DNA of 64,000 bases from Patescibacteria group bacterium (lineage in GTDB: Bacteria > Patescibacteriota > Minisyncoccia > Phycocordibacterales > Phycocordibacteraceae). The translations under genes and the position numbers were made by a program. The stretch is from assembly GCA_019752595.1 (NCBI GenBank), contig JAIELV010000001.1, forward strand, positions 248,486 to 312,485, in the 5' to 3' direction. The notes beneath the pieces are model-generated. The model was not told where the DNA came from, made no database searches, and was given only the letters and a program-made list of their open reading frames with translations. Of this stretch, positions 38,914 through 48,095 are shown piece after piece (the stretch's first letter is position 1; the number at the start of each line of letters is the position of its first letter).

Positions 38914-40371
38914 TTACTGACCCTCAGGGGATACCTCACTTCGTCTAACTTCAGAGCCTGTTTTTGTATCAAATACGTCATATCCTGCCTCGGCAATGCG
39001 CGCACGAAGGGCGTCTGCCTTTCCCCAATCCCCCGCTGTGCGAGCTTCTTCGCGGTCGTGCAAAAGTGCCTGTACTGCTTCGGGCAATTCCGTTTCTGAA
39101 ATCACTGAGAGTTTTTCCACTTCGTTTCTATCTGCTTGTGAGCCAAAACCTAACCCCAACACTGTATCGAACAGTTGTACTGTTTCGCGCTTATCTCCGT
39201 CCGAGAGTGAATCATCTTTAAGTACATCCCACATGACGGCAATCGCTTCGGGCGTGTTTAAATCGTCTTTTATTGCTCGCTCAAAACGGTCGCGCGCTTC
39301 AGAGATTATTTTTCCCTCCCCTTTCAAATCTGCAACAATACGAAGCGCGCGAAAGAGCGCTGTTTGCGCGCCGAGAAGCGCTTCCCACGTAAAATTCATC
39401 GGCGAGCGATAGTGTGTCATCAAAACTAAATACCGATACGCGAGCGGATTCACACCGCGTTCTTTCAATTGGTACAAGCGAATAGTGTTACCTTCTGATT
39501 TACCAATGCGTTTTCCTTCGACGGTGATAAATGCACCGTGCATCCAGTACGACACATACCGCTTCCCAGAAGCAGCTTCCGCCTGTGCGATTTCGTTGTT
39601 GTGGTGAATCGGCGCGAGATCAATCCCACCTGTATGAATGTCGAATGATTTACCGAGGTATTTCCCTGCCATAGCAGTACATTCAATGTGCCAACCAGGA
39701 AAACCTTTGCCCCATTTCGTCTCCCAACCGAGCTTGCTATCAAATTTCCAAAGACTGAAATCCTGCGGGTGACGCTTTTCATGGTTTGCCGCAACGCGCG
39801 CGTGATCTTCTGAAGTTGAGGTGCCACCCAGAGCACCGTATTTTGGAAATCGCCCTGTATCGAAATACACACCATCAGAAGTCGTGTACGCATAGCCCTT
39901 TGCAAACAATGACTCAATGTAGGCAATCTGTTCAGGAATATGTTCCGACGCTCGAGGAAACGTAAACGGGAGCTGAATATTTAAATCTTTTATGTCAGCG
40001 ATAAACGCGTCCATGTATTTCGTGGAAAGAATTTTCATGTTCTCGAGCGAAAATTCCATTCCTTCGCGTTTCAAACCAGACGACATTTTGTCCTCACCAG
40101 CATCTCCATCTCCCACCAAGTGGCCCACATCGGTGATGTTGATGACTTGTTTCACCTCATAGCCCACGTATTCAAGTGTACGACGTGCAATATCGGGAAA
40201 TATAAAACTCCGCAAGTTGCCGATAGTAACGTAGTCATAGACCGTGGGACCGCAGGTGTACATCTTCACGTACCGACCCACAAGCGGTTTAAACTCCTGC
40301 TTCTCACGCCCTAGAGTGTTGTAAAGAACTAGCGCTGCACGCTTATCTTTTTTCTCTCCTATGCCAAACAT
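38914..40371 (-). CDS. cysS: Cysteine--tRNA ligase
   Basis: YTCGPTVY, PGWHIEC, DIHTGGIDL, HHNNE; start ATG 40371, 6 nt after CATACT. Confidence 0.97.
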   Translation of the reverse strand: MFGIGEKKDKRAALVLYNTLGREKQEFKPLVGRYVKMYTCGPTVYDYVTIGNLRSFIFPDIARRTLEYVGYEVKQVINITDVGHLVGDGDAGEDKMSSGLKREGMEFSLENMKILSTKYMDAFIADIKDLNIQLPFTFPRASEHIPEQIAYIESLFAKGYAYTTSDGVYFDTGRFPKYGALGGTSTSEDHARVAANHEKRHPQDFSLWKFDSKLGWETKWGKGFPGWHIECTAMAGKYLGKSFDIHTGGIDLAPIHHNNEIAQAEAASGKRYVSYWMHGAFITVEGKRIGKSEGNTIRLYQLKERGVNPLAYRYLVLMTHYRSPMNFTWEALLGAQTALFRALRIVADLKGEGKIISEARDRFERAIKDDLNTPEAIAVMWDVLKDDSLSDGDKRETVQLFDTVLGLGFGSQADRNEVEKLSVISETELPEAVQALLHDREEARTAGDWGKADALRARIAEAGYDVFDTKTGSEVRRSEVSPEGQ

Positions 40372-40428
40372 TTCTCTAGTATGCCATGAAGCTGGATAGA
40401 GCCTATTACATGTCTTATTATATGAGCT

Positions 40429-41115
40429 ATGGGAGAAAAAAGTGCACAAGAATCAGTCGCTACTCTATTTGGCTTTACCACGGGCGACTTGAATTTAATT
40501 CGACTCCACGAAAACGCGCTTAAAAGCAAGGCTAACGTGCAAGCCACCATTGATACAGTAGCAAAATCGCTTTTTGAATCTTACGTTGCCCTAGATGCTG
40601 ACGGGAAGTCGAGATACATTTCCGAGGGTGCAAAAACTTTAGTCCAAGCTGAACGGTTCGGATTCGACAAATCAACTGCCTACGTAACCGCTCTAGCAAA
40701 GCTTGATGCAGAATTTGCTCGTGCGTTTGGTACTGCTCTCAAAAAAGCTCGCGCTGAGGCAAAAAAAGCAAGAGCAAATACACCATTGGGACCGAATGAT
40801 ACTGACGACCCAAACTTAATCGCGTTTGCGCTGGACAGAGAAGAAAACGCCAGAGCAGACCGTGATCTTCAACGTGCGATAGAAGAGAATGCTGAATCGA
40901 CTGTCAATCTTTGGAACATTCTCCAAGAACGGGGACCCGAAGAAAGAGAACAGTCGCTCGCACAATGGACTGAGAGCTTAGTCCGAGACAAAGCTCTGAA
41001 AAGTTCGTGGATGGAAAAAATCGCTGCAATCAAACGAATTAATCCCGAACTTGGAGGAATTCTTGAGAAAAGAGTAAAGAAAGCGCTAGACGAGCAGAAG
41101 AGAAAAGCGAACTAA
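40429..41115 (+). CDS. Hypothetical helical protein
   Basis: 228-aa ORF, Ala/Glu/Lys-rich, fills the gap divergent from cysS. Confidence 0.6.
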   Translation: MGEKSAQESVATLFGFTTGDLNLIRLHENALKSKANVQATIDTVAKSLFESYVALDADGKSRYISEGAKTLVQAERFGFDKSTAYVTALAKLDAEFARAFGTALKKARAEAKKARANTPLGPNDTDDPNLIAFALDREENARADRDLQRAIEENAESTVNLWNILQERGPEEREQSLAQWTESLVRDKALKSSWMEKIAAIKRINPELGGILEKRVKKALDEQKRKAN

Positions 41116-41217
41116 CACAGTATAGAAAAGAAGTGTCTCAATGACGCTCTTGGCATTGCGCGTTTATTTTTTTGAGAGCTGTTGACAAAATAAAATTTCA
41201 GTCTTTAAATATAGAAC

Positions 41218-41619
41218 ATGTCGGATTCGAGAAAGGAGCAACCTGACCCATATGCGCAGTTTACAGGTATCGGCGCTGAGACTTGGCAAGAACTGAATCG
41301 TCTTATAGAAGAAGGTGACCAAGAGGCACAGAGAGGTGCAGAGCGAATCCTTGCACAGTTAGATAGAGCAAAACTTGCACTCATAGAGGCAATACTCGTG
41401 CTTGAAAAAGATTCTGAAATTCAAAAGAAAACACTCGACATAGCACTGCATTTGATGCATGAAGCACTACGTACTCAACTCGACAAGGGGCGCGCATTAT
41501 TTGCTCAACGTTTGTCGGATGTAGAGACTGAGCGTGGTCTGAATACAATTGCAGCTGAGGCGGAGGCAAAGATGGTGCATGCGCTCGATGTAGCACTCGA
41601 ACAAGCACGACGAGGTTAA
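41218..41619 (+). CDS. Hypothetical helical protein
   Basis: Preceded by TTGACA(41182)-N17-TTAAAT-N7-ATG. Confidence 0.65.
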   Translation: MSDSRKEQPDPYAQFTGIGAETWQELNRLIEEGDQEAQRGAERILAQLDRAKLALIEAILVLEKDSEIQKKTLDIALHLMHEALRTQLDKGRALFAQRLSDVETERGLNTIAAEAEAKMVHALDVALEQARRG

Positions 41620-41645
41620 TTGCTCACCAGTTCAAAGTACCGCCA

Positions 41646-41783
41646 GCGACGTTTTCTGAAACGGCGAGGTGTGGGGTCGGGAGAGGCGGATTACTGCCTC
41701 TCCCGTGGAGGAAATAATATAGAACCGTGGGTTCTATAAAGGCGGAGCTTTAAACAAGCTCCTACCAGTTTAAAGCTCCGCCT
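41646..41783. repeat. Structured intergenic element with three hairpins
   Basis: CGGGAGAGGC/GCCTCTCCCG (41678-41705), TATAGAACC/GGTTCTATA (41718-41738), 16-bp inverted repeat 41740-41755/41768-41783. Confidence 0.75.
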
Positions 41784-42796
41784 GTTTTGTATTCAGTCAC
41801 ACGAGTCTCAAAGAAGTTTTTCTTCTTAGAGAGGTCAATTGCTTCTGACATCCATGGGAATGGGTTGGTGACATTGTACTGAGCTGGAAGTCCCACTCGC
41901 TGCAAGCGGCGGTCTGCAATGTGTTCGATGTACTGCTTGAAACCGTCGGCGTTCAATCCGAAGATTCCTGTCGGGAATACTTCCTGCGCGAATGTGTACT
42001 CAAGTACCGTTGCCTTTCGCACCAAGTTCACAATTCGGTCTTGGAAGTCTTTGGTCCATAAATCAGGATTCTCTTCTTTAATTGCGTTGATGATTTCGAG
42101 ACCGAAGTTCAAGTGCATGGATTCATCGCGCATGATGTACTGAATCTGCTCAGCTGAACCTGTGAGTTTGTTTTGACGCTGAAGCCCAAAGACAACTGCA
42201 AATGATGAGTAGAAGAAGATACCTTCTAGAATCAAAGAGAACACGCACCAGTTTTCAAGGAATTTCTGATCTGCCTCAAACGTCCCTGTCTTAAAACTCT
42301 TATCGAAAATTCCTTCGTTGAATCCTAAGATAAATTCCTGTTTATCGTAAATTGAATCCACTTCGCGGTACATGTTGAATATCTTTGCTTCGTCCATGCC
42401 GAGAGATTCAACGATGTACTGGTATGCATGCGTGTGAATCGCCTCTTCGTATGCTTGGCGGAGTAGGTACATGCGCACCTCAGGGGATGTAACGTGGCCG
42501 TAAAAACCCATCACAATGTTGTTAGCTGCAATGGAGTCTGCCGTTGTGAAGAAACCAAGAACCGTCTCAAACGCGCTTCGTTCATCTGCCGTGAGCGCTG
42601 TTGGTGATTTCCACTGCTCGATGTCGAGCTGCATGGAAATTTCTGTCGGTAGCCAGTGGTTTGAGTTTGCGGCGTTGTAATACTCCCAGGCAAATTTGTG
42701 TTTAATAGGATAGAGCTGAATCACGTCCGCCTCAAGGCCGTTGATGATACGGCGCTGGTTAATGTCGACGGCTTTAGCTCCTTTCTGGATTGCCAT
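41762..42796 (-). CDS. nrdB: Ribonucleotide reductase class Ia beta subunit
   Basis: TADS (Asp ligand), EEAIHTHAY (radical Tyr), LEGIFFY, RDESMH, NFFETRVTEY. Confidence 0.97.
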   Translation of the reverse strand: MAIQKGAKAVDINQRRIINGLEADVIQLYPIKHKFAWEYYNAANSNHWLPTEISMQLDIEQWKSPTALTADERSAFETVLGFFTTADSIAANNIVMGFYGHVTSPEVRMYLLRQAYEEAIHTHAYQYIVESLGMDEAKIFNMYREVDSIYDKQEFILGFNEGIFDKSFKTGTFEADQKFLENWCVFSLILEGIFFYSSFAVVFGLQRQNKLTGSAEQIQYIMRDESMHLNFGLEIINAIKEENPDLWTKDFQDRIVNLVRKATVLEYTFAQEVFPTGIFGLNADGFKQYIEHIADRRLQRVGLPAQYNVTNPFPWMSEAIDLSKKKNFFETRVTEYKTGGALNW

Positions 42797-42837
42797 ATGT
42801 TGTAGAGATTAGTGAATAGTGTTTAGAATCGGAACGA

Positions 42838-45792
42838 TTACTCGCAGGATTCGCACGCTGCTTCAGGCTTTCTGTGAAGAACGTACGTGCGGGCCTTCGG
42901 TGCATTTGATGCGTCTGCAACGGCTACAGGTGCCGACATCGGTGCCGAGATGGGTGCCGATACAGGCATGGATACAGGTATAGATTGAACCGCTACAGGG
43001 CTTGGTATTGGTTGAACAGGTGCCGAGGCGGGTGCAGTAGGCGCTACAGGCTGGCTCATTTGCGGACCTTCTGCCTGATCACGCTTATGTGTTGAACCGA
43101 ATTCTGCAGTTGAGACGGTTGATTTTTCAACCTGCGTTGCTGCCAAAGAGCGGAGATAGTACGTCGTCTTCAACCCCATCGCCCATGCGTACTGGTAAAT
43201 CTCCGAAAGTTCTTTACCGCTCGAGCCCTTGAAGAAGATGTTCAACGACTGCGACTGATCAATCCATTTTCCACGATATGCGGCACCCTTAATGAGCCAG
43301 CGCATATCAATCTCAAACGTCTCTTTATATTTATCCTTCAGAGCCTGCGGGAGACCAGCGATTTTTGCGACGGAACCGTCGTGATACTTGAGCTCGTTTA
43401 ACATTGCATCATTCCAGAGAGAAAGTTTCTTCAAGTCTTCCACCAAATACGGATTCACCACAGTGAAATCTCCGCTGATGTTTGCCTCGACATAAATGTT
43501 TTTATAGACGGGTTCGATTGAAGGGACGACGGAAACAATGTTTGACGTTGACGCTGTCGGGGCAACCGCCATGCAGTTACTGTTTCTCATTCCGTACTTC
43601 TTGATTGAATCGCGTACCACATTCCAATCAAGGCGTGTTTCTCGATTTACATCAATTGATTCTCCTCGTTCGCGTTCGAGAAGCGCAACAGTGTCGAGGG
43701 GAAGAATTCCCCTGTCCCACTTCGAACCTTTGTATGACTCGTATGCACCGCGTTCTTTCGCAAGCTCAGACGAGGCGAGGATTGAGTAGTAGGAAATACC
43801 CTCCATACTCTCGTCTGCAAATTTCACACACTCCTCTGAAGCGAAATTAATGTTCAACTGATACAGAGCATCCTGGAAACCGCCTGCACCAAAACCAACG
43901 GGGCGATGACGCATGTTTGAATTTCTTCCTTCAATGGTCGGATAGAAGTTGAGATCAATCACATTGTCGAGCATGCGCATGCCAACGGTCACTGTTTCTT
44001 TTACTTTCTCGACGTCCCAACGACCGTTCGTGACGTGCACTGCGTAGTTCAGCCAACCCAAGTTACAGACTGCGGTTTCATCTTTTGAGTTGTTCAGTGT
44101 AATTTCAGTACACAGGTTTGAATTGTGCACGACACCAACGTGATCCTGCGGGCTTCGCACGTTGCATGGGTCTTTAAACGTAATCCACGGGTGCCCCGTC
44201 TCGTAGAGCATCGCAAGCATCTTCTTCCACAAATCCCCTGCCTTCATTCTCTTGAAAAGTTTGATTTTTCCTTCATCGGCCATTTTTTCATACTTCACAT
44301 ATGCCTCTTCGAATTTGCTTCCGTAGATGTGGTGCAAGTCAGACACTTCGTCAGGCGAGAACAGTGTCCACTGCCCGTCTTCCCTCACCCGCTTCATAAA
44401 GAGGTCAGGAATCCAGTTTGCGGTGTTCATGTCGTGCGTACGACGGCGCTCATCCCCTGTGTTTTTACGAAGTTCAAGGAAGTCCTCGACGTCGTAGTGC
44501 CAGGTCTCAAGATAGACCGCCGTGGCTCCACGGCGACGACCTGAACGGTTGATAGCGACCGTGACGTCGTTTGCAATCTTCAGAAACGGAATAACGCCCT
44601 GAGAAGTAATACCTGCCTTCTTTATATATGCACCCGTACCGCGAATGTTGGTCCAATCAGTACCAATGCCTCCCGCCCACTTCGACATCTGTGCGTTGTC
44701 GCCGTACACCTTGAAGATGTTGTCCAAATCATCATCAACGGTATTCAAGTAACAGCTCGAAAGCTGTGCACGCACCATACCTGAGTGGAACAGTGTCGGC
44801 GTTGAAGGTACGAAGCGGTGAGTGGAAAGGATTTCGTAGAAGCGGATTGCCCATGCTTCGCGATTTTCTTTTTCATTAAGACCAAGCCCCATCGCAACAC
44901 GCATGTAGAGCATCTGTGGAGTTTCAAGAAGTTTCTTTGACTTTGAATCACTTCTGTCAGCAATAAAGTAGCGATCTGAAAGAGTAGCAACGCCCATGTA
45001 TTTCAAAAGACGATCACGCTCAGGGCGAAGTGCTGCTGCAAGTTTCGCAAGATCATATCCCAGCATGCGCTCGTCGAGAATTTTCAATTCCACTTCACGC
45101 TTCACGTTATCGACGAATGCAGTGCGATACACGGGATCAAAATCAGGAGAGACAATCGTAATATTTTCCTGATGTAATACTTTTCCATACAGAGAATTCA
45201 AAAGAAGTTGTGCTGCGAGCTGATTGTATGCAGGATCACGTTCAATCATCGAACGTGCAACCATGATCATAGTGCGCTCCACTTCTGTGGTCGTGATGCC
45301 GTCATATACTTCGCGCTGCACCTGCTCGATGAATGCATCAATCTGAATCGCGTTTCGATATTCAGGAAGAATACTGAACTCGAGTGTCTTTTTTATTTTA
45401 TCAATTGAAAATATTTCGCGCGTGCCGTCAGCTTTTTGAATCAGTAGTTCGCGCTTCTCAATTTTCTCAACCACTTCTTCCTGCTTCTCCTGGCGGACTT
45501 TTGCGTGCTCGTAGCGATAGATGATGTACGACTTTGCAACGTCATAATATCCACGCTCCATCAGCGCGTGCTCTACCAAATCCTGCACTTCCTCTACTGT
45601 AGGCAAGGCTGCCGTGCCTCCGTAGCGAAGCTTTGTGGCACTCACCACCAAATCCCCTATTGCCTGTGAATCTTCCGCGTGCGGATCGTTCAAAACTTCG
45701 AGAAATGCCTTTGATACTGCAGAAACGATCTTTCCGTGATTGAAATCTACTATTGCCCCGTTTCGTTTCTTTATTTTCTGCAGTGTTGTCAT
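42838..45792 (-). CDS. nrdA: Ribonucleotide reductase class I alpha subunit, two ATP-cones
   Basis: QLSSCY, SNLCTEI, APTAST, KTTYYLR, C-terminal CESC. Confidence 0.98.
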   Translation of the reverse strand: MTTLQKIKKRNGAIVDFNHGKIVSAVSKAFLEVLNDPHAEDSQAIGDLVVSATKLRYGGTAALPTVEEVQDLVEHALMERGYYDVAKSYIIYRYEHAKVRQEKQEEVVEKIEKRELLIQKADGTREIFSIDKIKKTLEFSILPEYRNAIQIDAFIEQVQREVYDGITTTEVERTMIMVARSMIERDPAYNQLAAQLLLNSLYGKVLHQENITIVSPDFDPVYRTAFVDNVKREVELKILDERMLGYDLAKLAAALRPERDRLLKYMGVATLSDRYFIADRSDSKSKKLLETPQMLYMRVAMGLGLNEKENREAWAIRFYEILSTHRFVPSTPTLFHSGMVRAQLSSCYLNTVDDDLDNIFKVYGDNAQMSKWAGGIGTDWTNIRGTGAYIKKAGITSQGVIPFLKIANDVTVAINRSGRRRGATAVYLETWHYDVEDFLELRKNTGDERRRTHDMNTANWIPDLFMKRVREDGQWTLFSPDEVSDLHHIYGSKFEEAYVKYEKMADEGKIKLFKRMKAGDLWKKMLAMLYETGHPWITFKDPCNVRSPQDHVGVVHNSNLCTEITLNNSKDETAVCNLGWLNYAVHVTNGRWDVEKVKETVTVGMRMLDNVIDLNFYPTIEGRNSNMRHRPVGFGAGGFQDALYQLNINFASEECVKFADESMEGISYYSILASSELAKERGAYESYKGSKWDRGILPLDTVALLERERGESIDVNRETRLDWNVVRDSIKKYGMRNSNCMAVAPTASTSNIVSVVPSIEPVYKNIYVEANISGDFTVVNPYLVEDLKKLSLWNDAMLNELKYHDGSVAKIAGLPQALKDKYKETFEIDMRWLIKGAAYRGKWIDQSQSLNIFFKGSSGKELSEIYQYAWAMGLKTTYYLRSLAATQVEKSTVSTAEFGSTHKRDQAEGPQMSQPVAPTAPASAPVQPIPSPVAVQSIPVSMPVSAPISAPMSAPVAVADASNAPKARTYVLHRKPEAACESCE

Positions 45793-45940
45793 GGTCGGTC
45801 GTATGAATCGCCTTGTGCGACTTGATAATTATTTATAATTTTTTAATTTTGGAATGAAACTCTCGTCTCATTCCCAGGCGCGGTATGGAAATTGTTTTCG
45901 TACTCGTGCCGTCGTTGAGGTAATCCTGAGTCGGACAGTT

Positions 45941-45946
45941 ATTCTA
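45941..45946 (-). promoter_or_regulatory. Putative -10 box of nrdA, defining a ~140-nt structured leader
   Basis: ggTAGAAT on the minus strand; downstream hairpin 45851-45874. Confidence 0.5.
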
Positions 45947-46201
45947 CCTCTTTTGTTGGAACTGCAAAGGAAAAAACACGAAATGGACCCTGTGGAAAAG
46001 AGAGAACGTCATAAAAAGGGAGGCTGTCAAACACGCTCGGGAACGAGCCTGCAATTGAACCACCCTCTGTGAACGCCTGCGTGGGTTTTATAAAAAATTG
46101 AGTCTTGCGAGCCCCGTTTTTTTGTTCCTTTTTTCTGTTTCGCGGTTCTCAGCGAAAAAAAGCGGTCTTTTCAAAACGACAGGGGCCGTGCAACTTATTT
46201 T

Positions 46202-47194
46202 TTAGAGCTTCCCTAGTTGAGATTCTTCCATTCCGTCTGAATATCCCCCGCTGTCTGCTATTTGCGCAAGTGATAGCCGTTCAATAAGAGCCGATTGTGC
46301 CTCTGCTCTGTTTTCCTCAAGCCCTTTCCATCGAGATAGCGCAGGAAGAAGCAACGCATTCGTATACGAGAAAGCAATAGGCCACGAAAAAGGCTCCATA
46401 CGCGCTATCCAATTTAAATTTTTCGCGCTCTCCTCAGGCGTTTGAGAGCCCGAGAGAAAAACTACTCCTCCTAGTTCTTTCGGCAAAGACACGGTGACCG
46501 CGCGAACAGTGCGTTCGGCAACTTCGCGGGCATCTGCACGCGCACTCTGGGTTGTACCCGAAACAGCCATTGCCGTTTTCACTACAACGCCTTTCAAATC
46601 AAGTCCACTGGATTCTAAAAGATCTGAAAGAAGTGAAAGTGTTTCTGTAATAGTATCTTCCGCCTGCGCTGCACTGTGAGTACCATCCATCAAGACATCA
46701 GTTTCAATCACAGGAACAATAGTTTCACTCTGGCACATTTTTGCAAACTCAATACGTGCACGCAGTTGTTCTTTTGTTTCTTGTGACGCGGGAGAGCTGA
46801 GGACAGACACTGACATACGCCATTCCGCAAACGAAACTTCGCGGGAACGAAATTGCGCAAGGCGCGCGGGTAGCGCAGAAACAATTTCAGAGTCGCTCTG
46901 AGCGTTTCCTACTTCAACGCCGACAAGTATTTTTTTTGAAATGAGGTATTCAGAAAATAATCCGAACGACGGGTGAGCGTCAGTAAGTCCTTCTTCAGAC
47001 AGTGTTACTCCAGAAACGTAGTGTTCAAAATTTTCAGTCGTGAAGACGAGTTCACGAAATGCTCTTCGTGTTTCTTCGGATGACGCTATGCCTTCGCGTA
47101 TAAAACTGGCACTAAGTTCTTCATTCGATTGGTCAAAGGAAAGAATTCCTTTTCTATTTTCAAGAAGTGTGCGCGTGATTTCTGGTAGATTCAT
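46202..47194 (-). CDS. Class I fructose-bisphosphate aldolase homolog with degenerate active site
   Basis: KGIL, RRAFREL, CQSETIVPVIETDVLMDGTH, GVVFLSGSQ, FSY..AL; ATG 6 nt after TATAGT. Confidence 0.85.
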   Translation of the reverse strand: MNLPEITRTLLENRKGILSFDQSNEELSASFIREGIASSEETRRAFRELVFTTENFEHYVSGVTLSEEGLTDAHPSFGLFSEYLISKKILVGVEVGNAQSDSEIVSALPARLAQFRSREVSFAEWRMSVSVLSSPASQETKEQLRARIEFAKMCQSETIVPVIETDVLMDGTHSAAQAEDTITETLSLLSDLLESSGLDLKGVVVKTAMAVSGTTQSARADAREVAERTVRAVTVSLPKELGGVVFLSGSQTPEESAKNLNWIARMEPFSWPIAFSYTNALLLPALSRWKGLEENRAEAQSALIERLSLAQIADSGGYSDGMEESQLGKL

Positions 47195-47228
47195 TTCTTC
47201 ACTATACCAACTTTTAACCTCACAAAAC

Positions 47229-47286
47229 AAAAAACGCCCTTGCGGCGTTTCCTCTTCCCCTGTGGTATGCCCCGAAGGGGCATACC
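47229..47286 (-). terminator. Tandem hairpins / terminator after ORF 47514
   Basis: GGTATGCCCC/GGGGCATACC, then AAACGCC/GGCGTTT with a T-run on the minus strand. Confidence 0.75.
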
Positions 47287-47304
47287 GTTAAACTCATGTT
47301 GGTC

Positions 47305-47514
47305 TTACTGACCTCTTGTGAAGAAAGTTCTCAACATAGTCCCCATATCTATTTTATCTTCAGAGACTGAGCGTTGGGGCGCAACAGGCGTAGCTACCGA
47401 TTCAAGACCCATCGAAGCCCGAAGCGCTTTAACGGCTCTCGCGCTTTCTGCATTTGCCCACATCGCTTCCAATGCTCGGCCTCGCTCTTGGAAGGCATCA
47501 AATGGCATTGACAT
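47305..47514 (-). CDS. Small protein with IF1/zeta-like F1-ATPase inhibitor motif (hypothesis)
   Basis: DAFQERGRALEAMWA; promoter TTGACT-N16-TATTGT (47575-47548), AT-rich leader and terminator. Confidence is for the CDS; function is inferred. Confidence 0.7.
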   Translation of the reverse strand: MSMPFDAFQERGRALEAMWANAESARAVKALRASMGLESVATPVAPQRSVSEDKIDMGTMLRTFFTRGQ

Positions 47515-47597
47515 ACCGTTTGTATGATTAGATTAATAATGACGGAAACAATACTACTTTTATAGTCAGAGTCAATAGGAAATCCACCCCTAACGGA

Positions 47598-48083
47598 CTA
47601 GCTGTTGAGAGCCCAAATGCTGTAGTTGAGGTAGGAAGCAAACAACACCCATATAAGGTATGGGGCGAGAAGCCATCCTGCGACTTTTGAAACACGGAAA
47701 AAGAAATACATCGTCACTAGTATGGACACCGCGAGGAGCGCTATGGTCACCAGACCATAGAGTGGATTCTGAAGGCCAAAGAACATGATGCTCCAAAGGG
47801 CATTAATTACGAGGTGAAAAAAGAACACTCGAACACCCCATTTCACGTCCACGAGCCAATTCCCCTTCCTCCATACGAGAAACAGCGCGATACCCATGAG
47901 CGTGTACAACGTGAGCCACACGGGGCCAAAAATCCAGTTTGGCGGAGCAAAAGACGGGAGAGTGAGCAGTGCATACCAGTTGGGAATCGCTTCAATGGTA
48001 AACAGCGAGCCGACAACGCCAGCGGCATGCGAAATCGCAACCGAATACAGAAGAAGCATCCACTCAAGAAAATTCTTAGGCAT
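47598..48083 (-). CDS. tspO: TspO/MBR tryptophan-rich sensory protein
   Basis: WYALLTLPSFAPPNWIFGPVWLTLY, PYLIWVLFASYLN. Confidence 0.95.
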   Translation of the reverse strand: MPKNFLEWMLLLYSVAISHAAGVVGSLFTIEAIPNWYALLTLPSFAPPNWIFGPVWLTLYTLMGIALFLVWRKGNWLVDVKWGVRVFFFHLVINALWSIMFFGLQNPLYGLVTIALLAVSILVTMYFFFRVSKVAGWLLAPYLIWVLFASYLNYSIWALNS

Positions 48084-48095
48084 ACAAAAATAGTA

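Noticed and set aside
41762-42796. Class Ic (Mn/Fe) R2 as in Chlamydia
   Set aside because: The first ligand is Asp and the radical Tyr is present.
45793-45946. Purine or 2'-deoxyguanosine riboswitch upstream of nrdA
   Set aside because: The purine-family junction and loop consensus is not recognisable; kept only as an unclassified structured leader.
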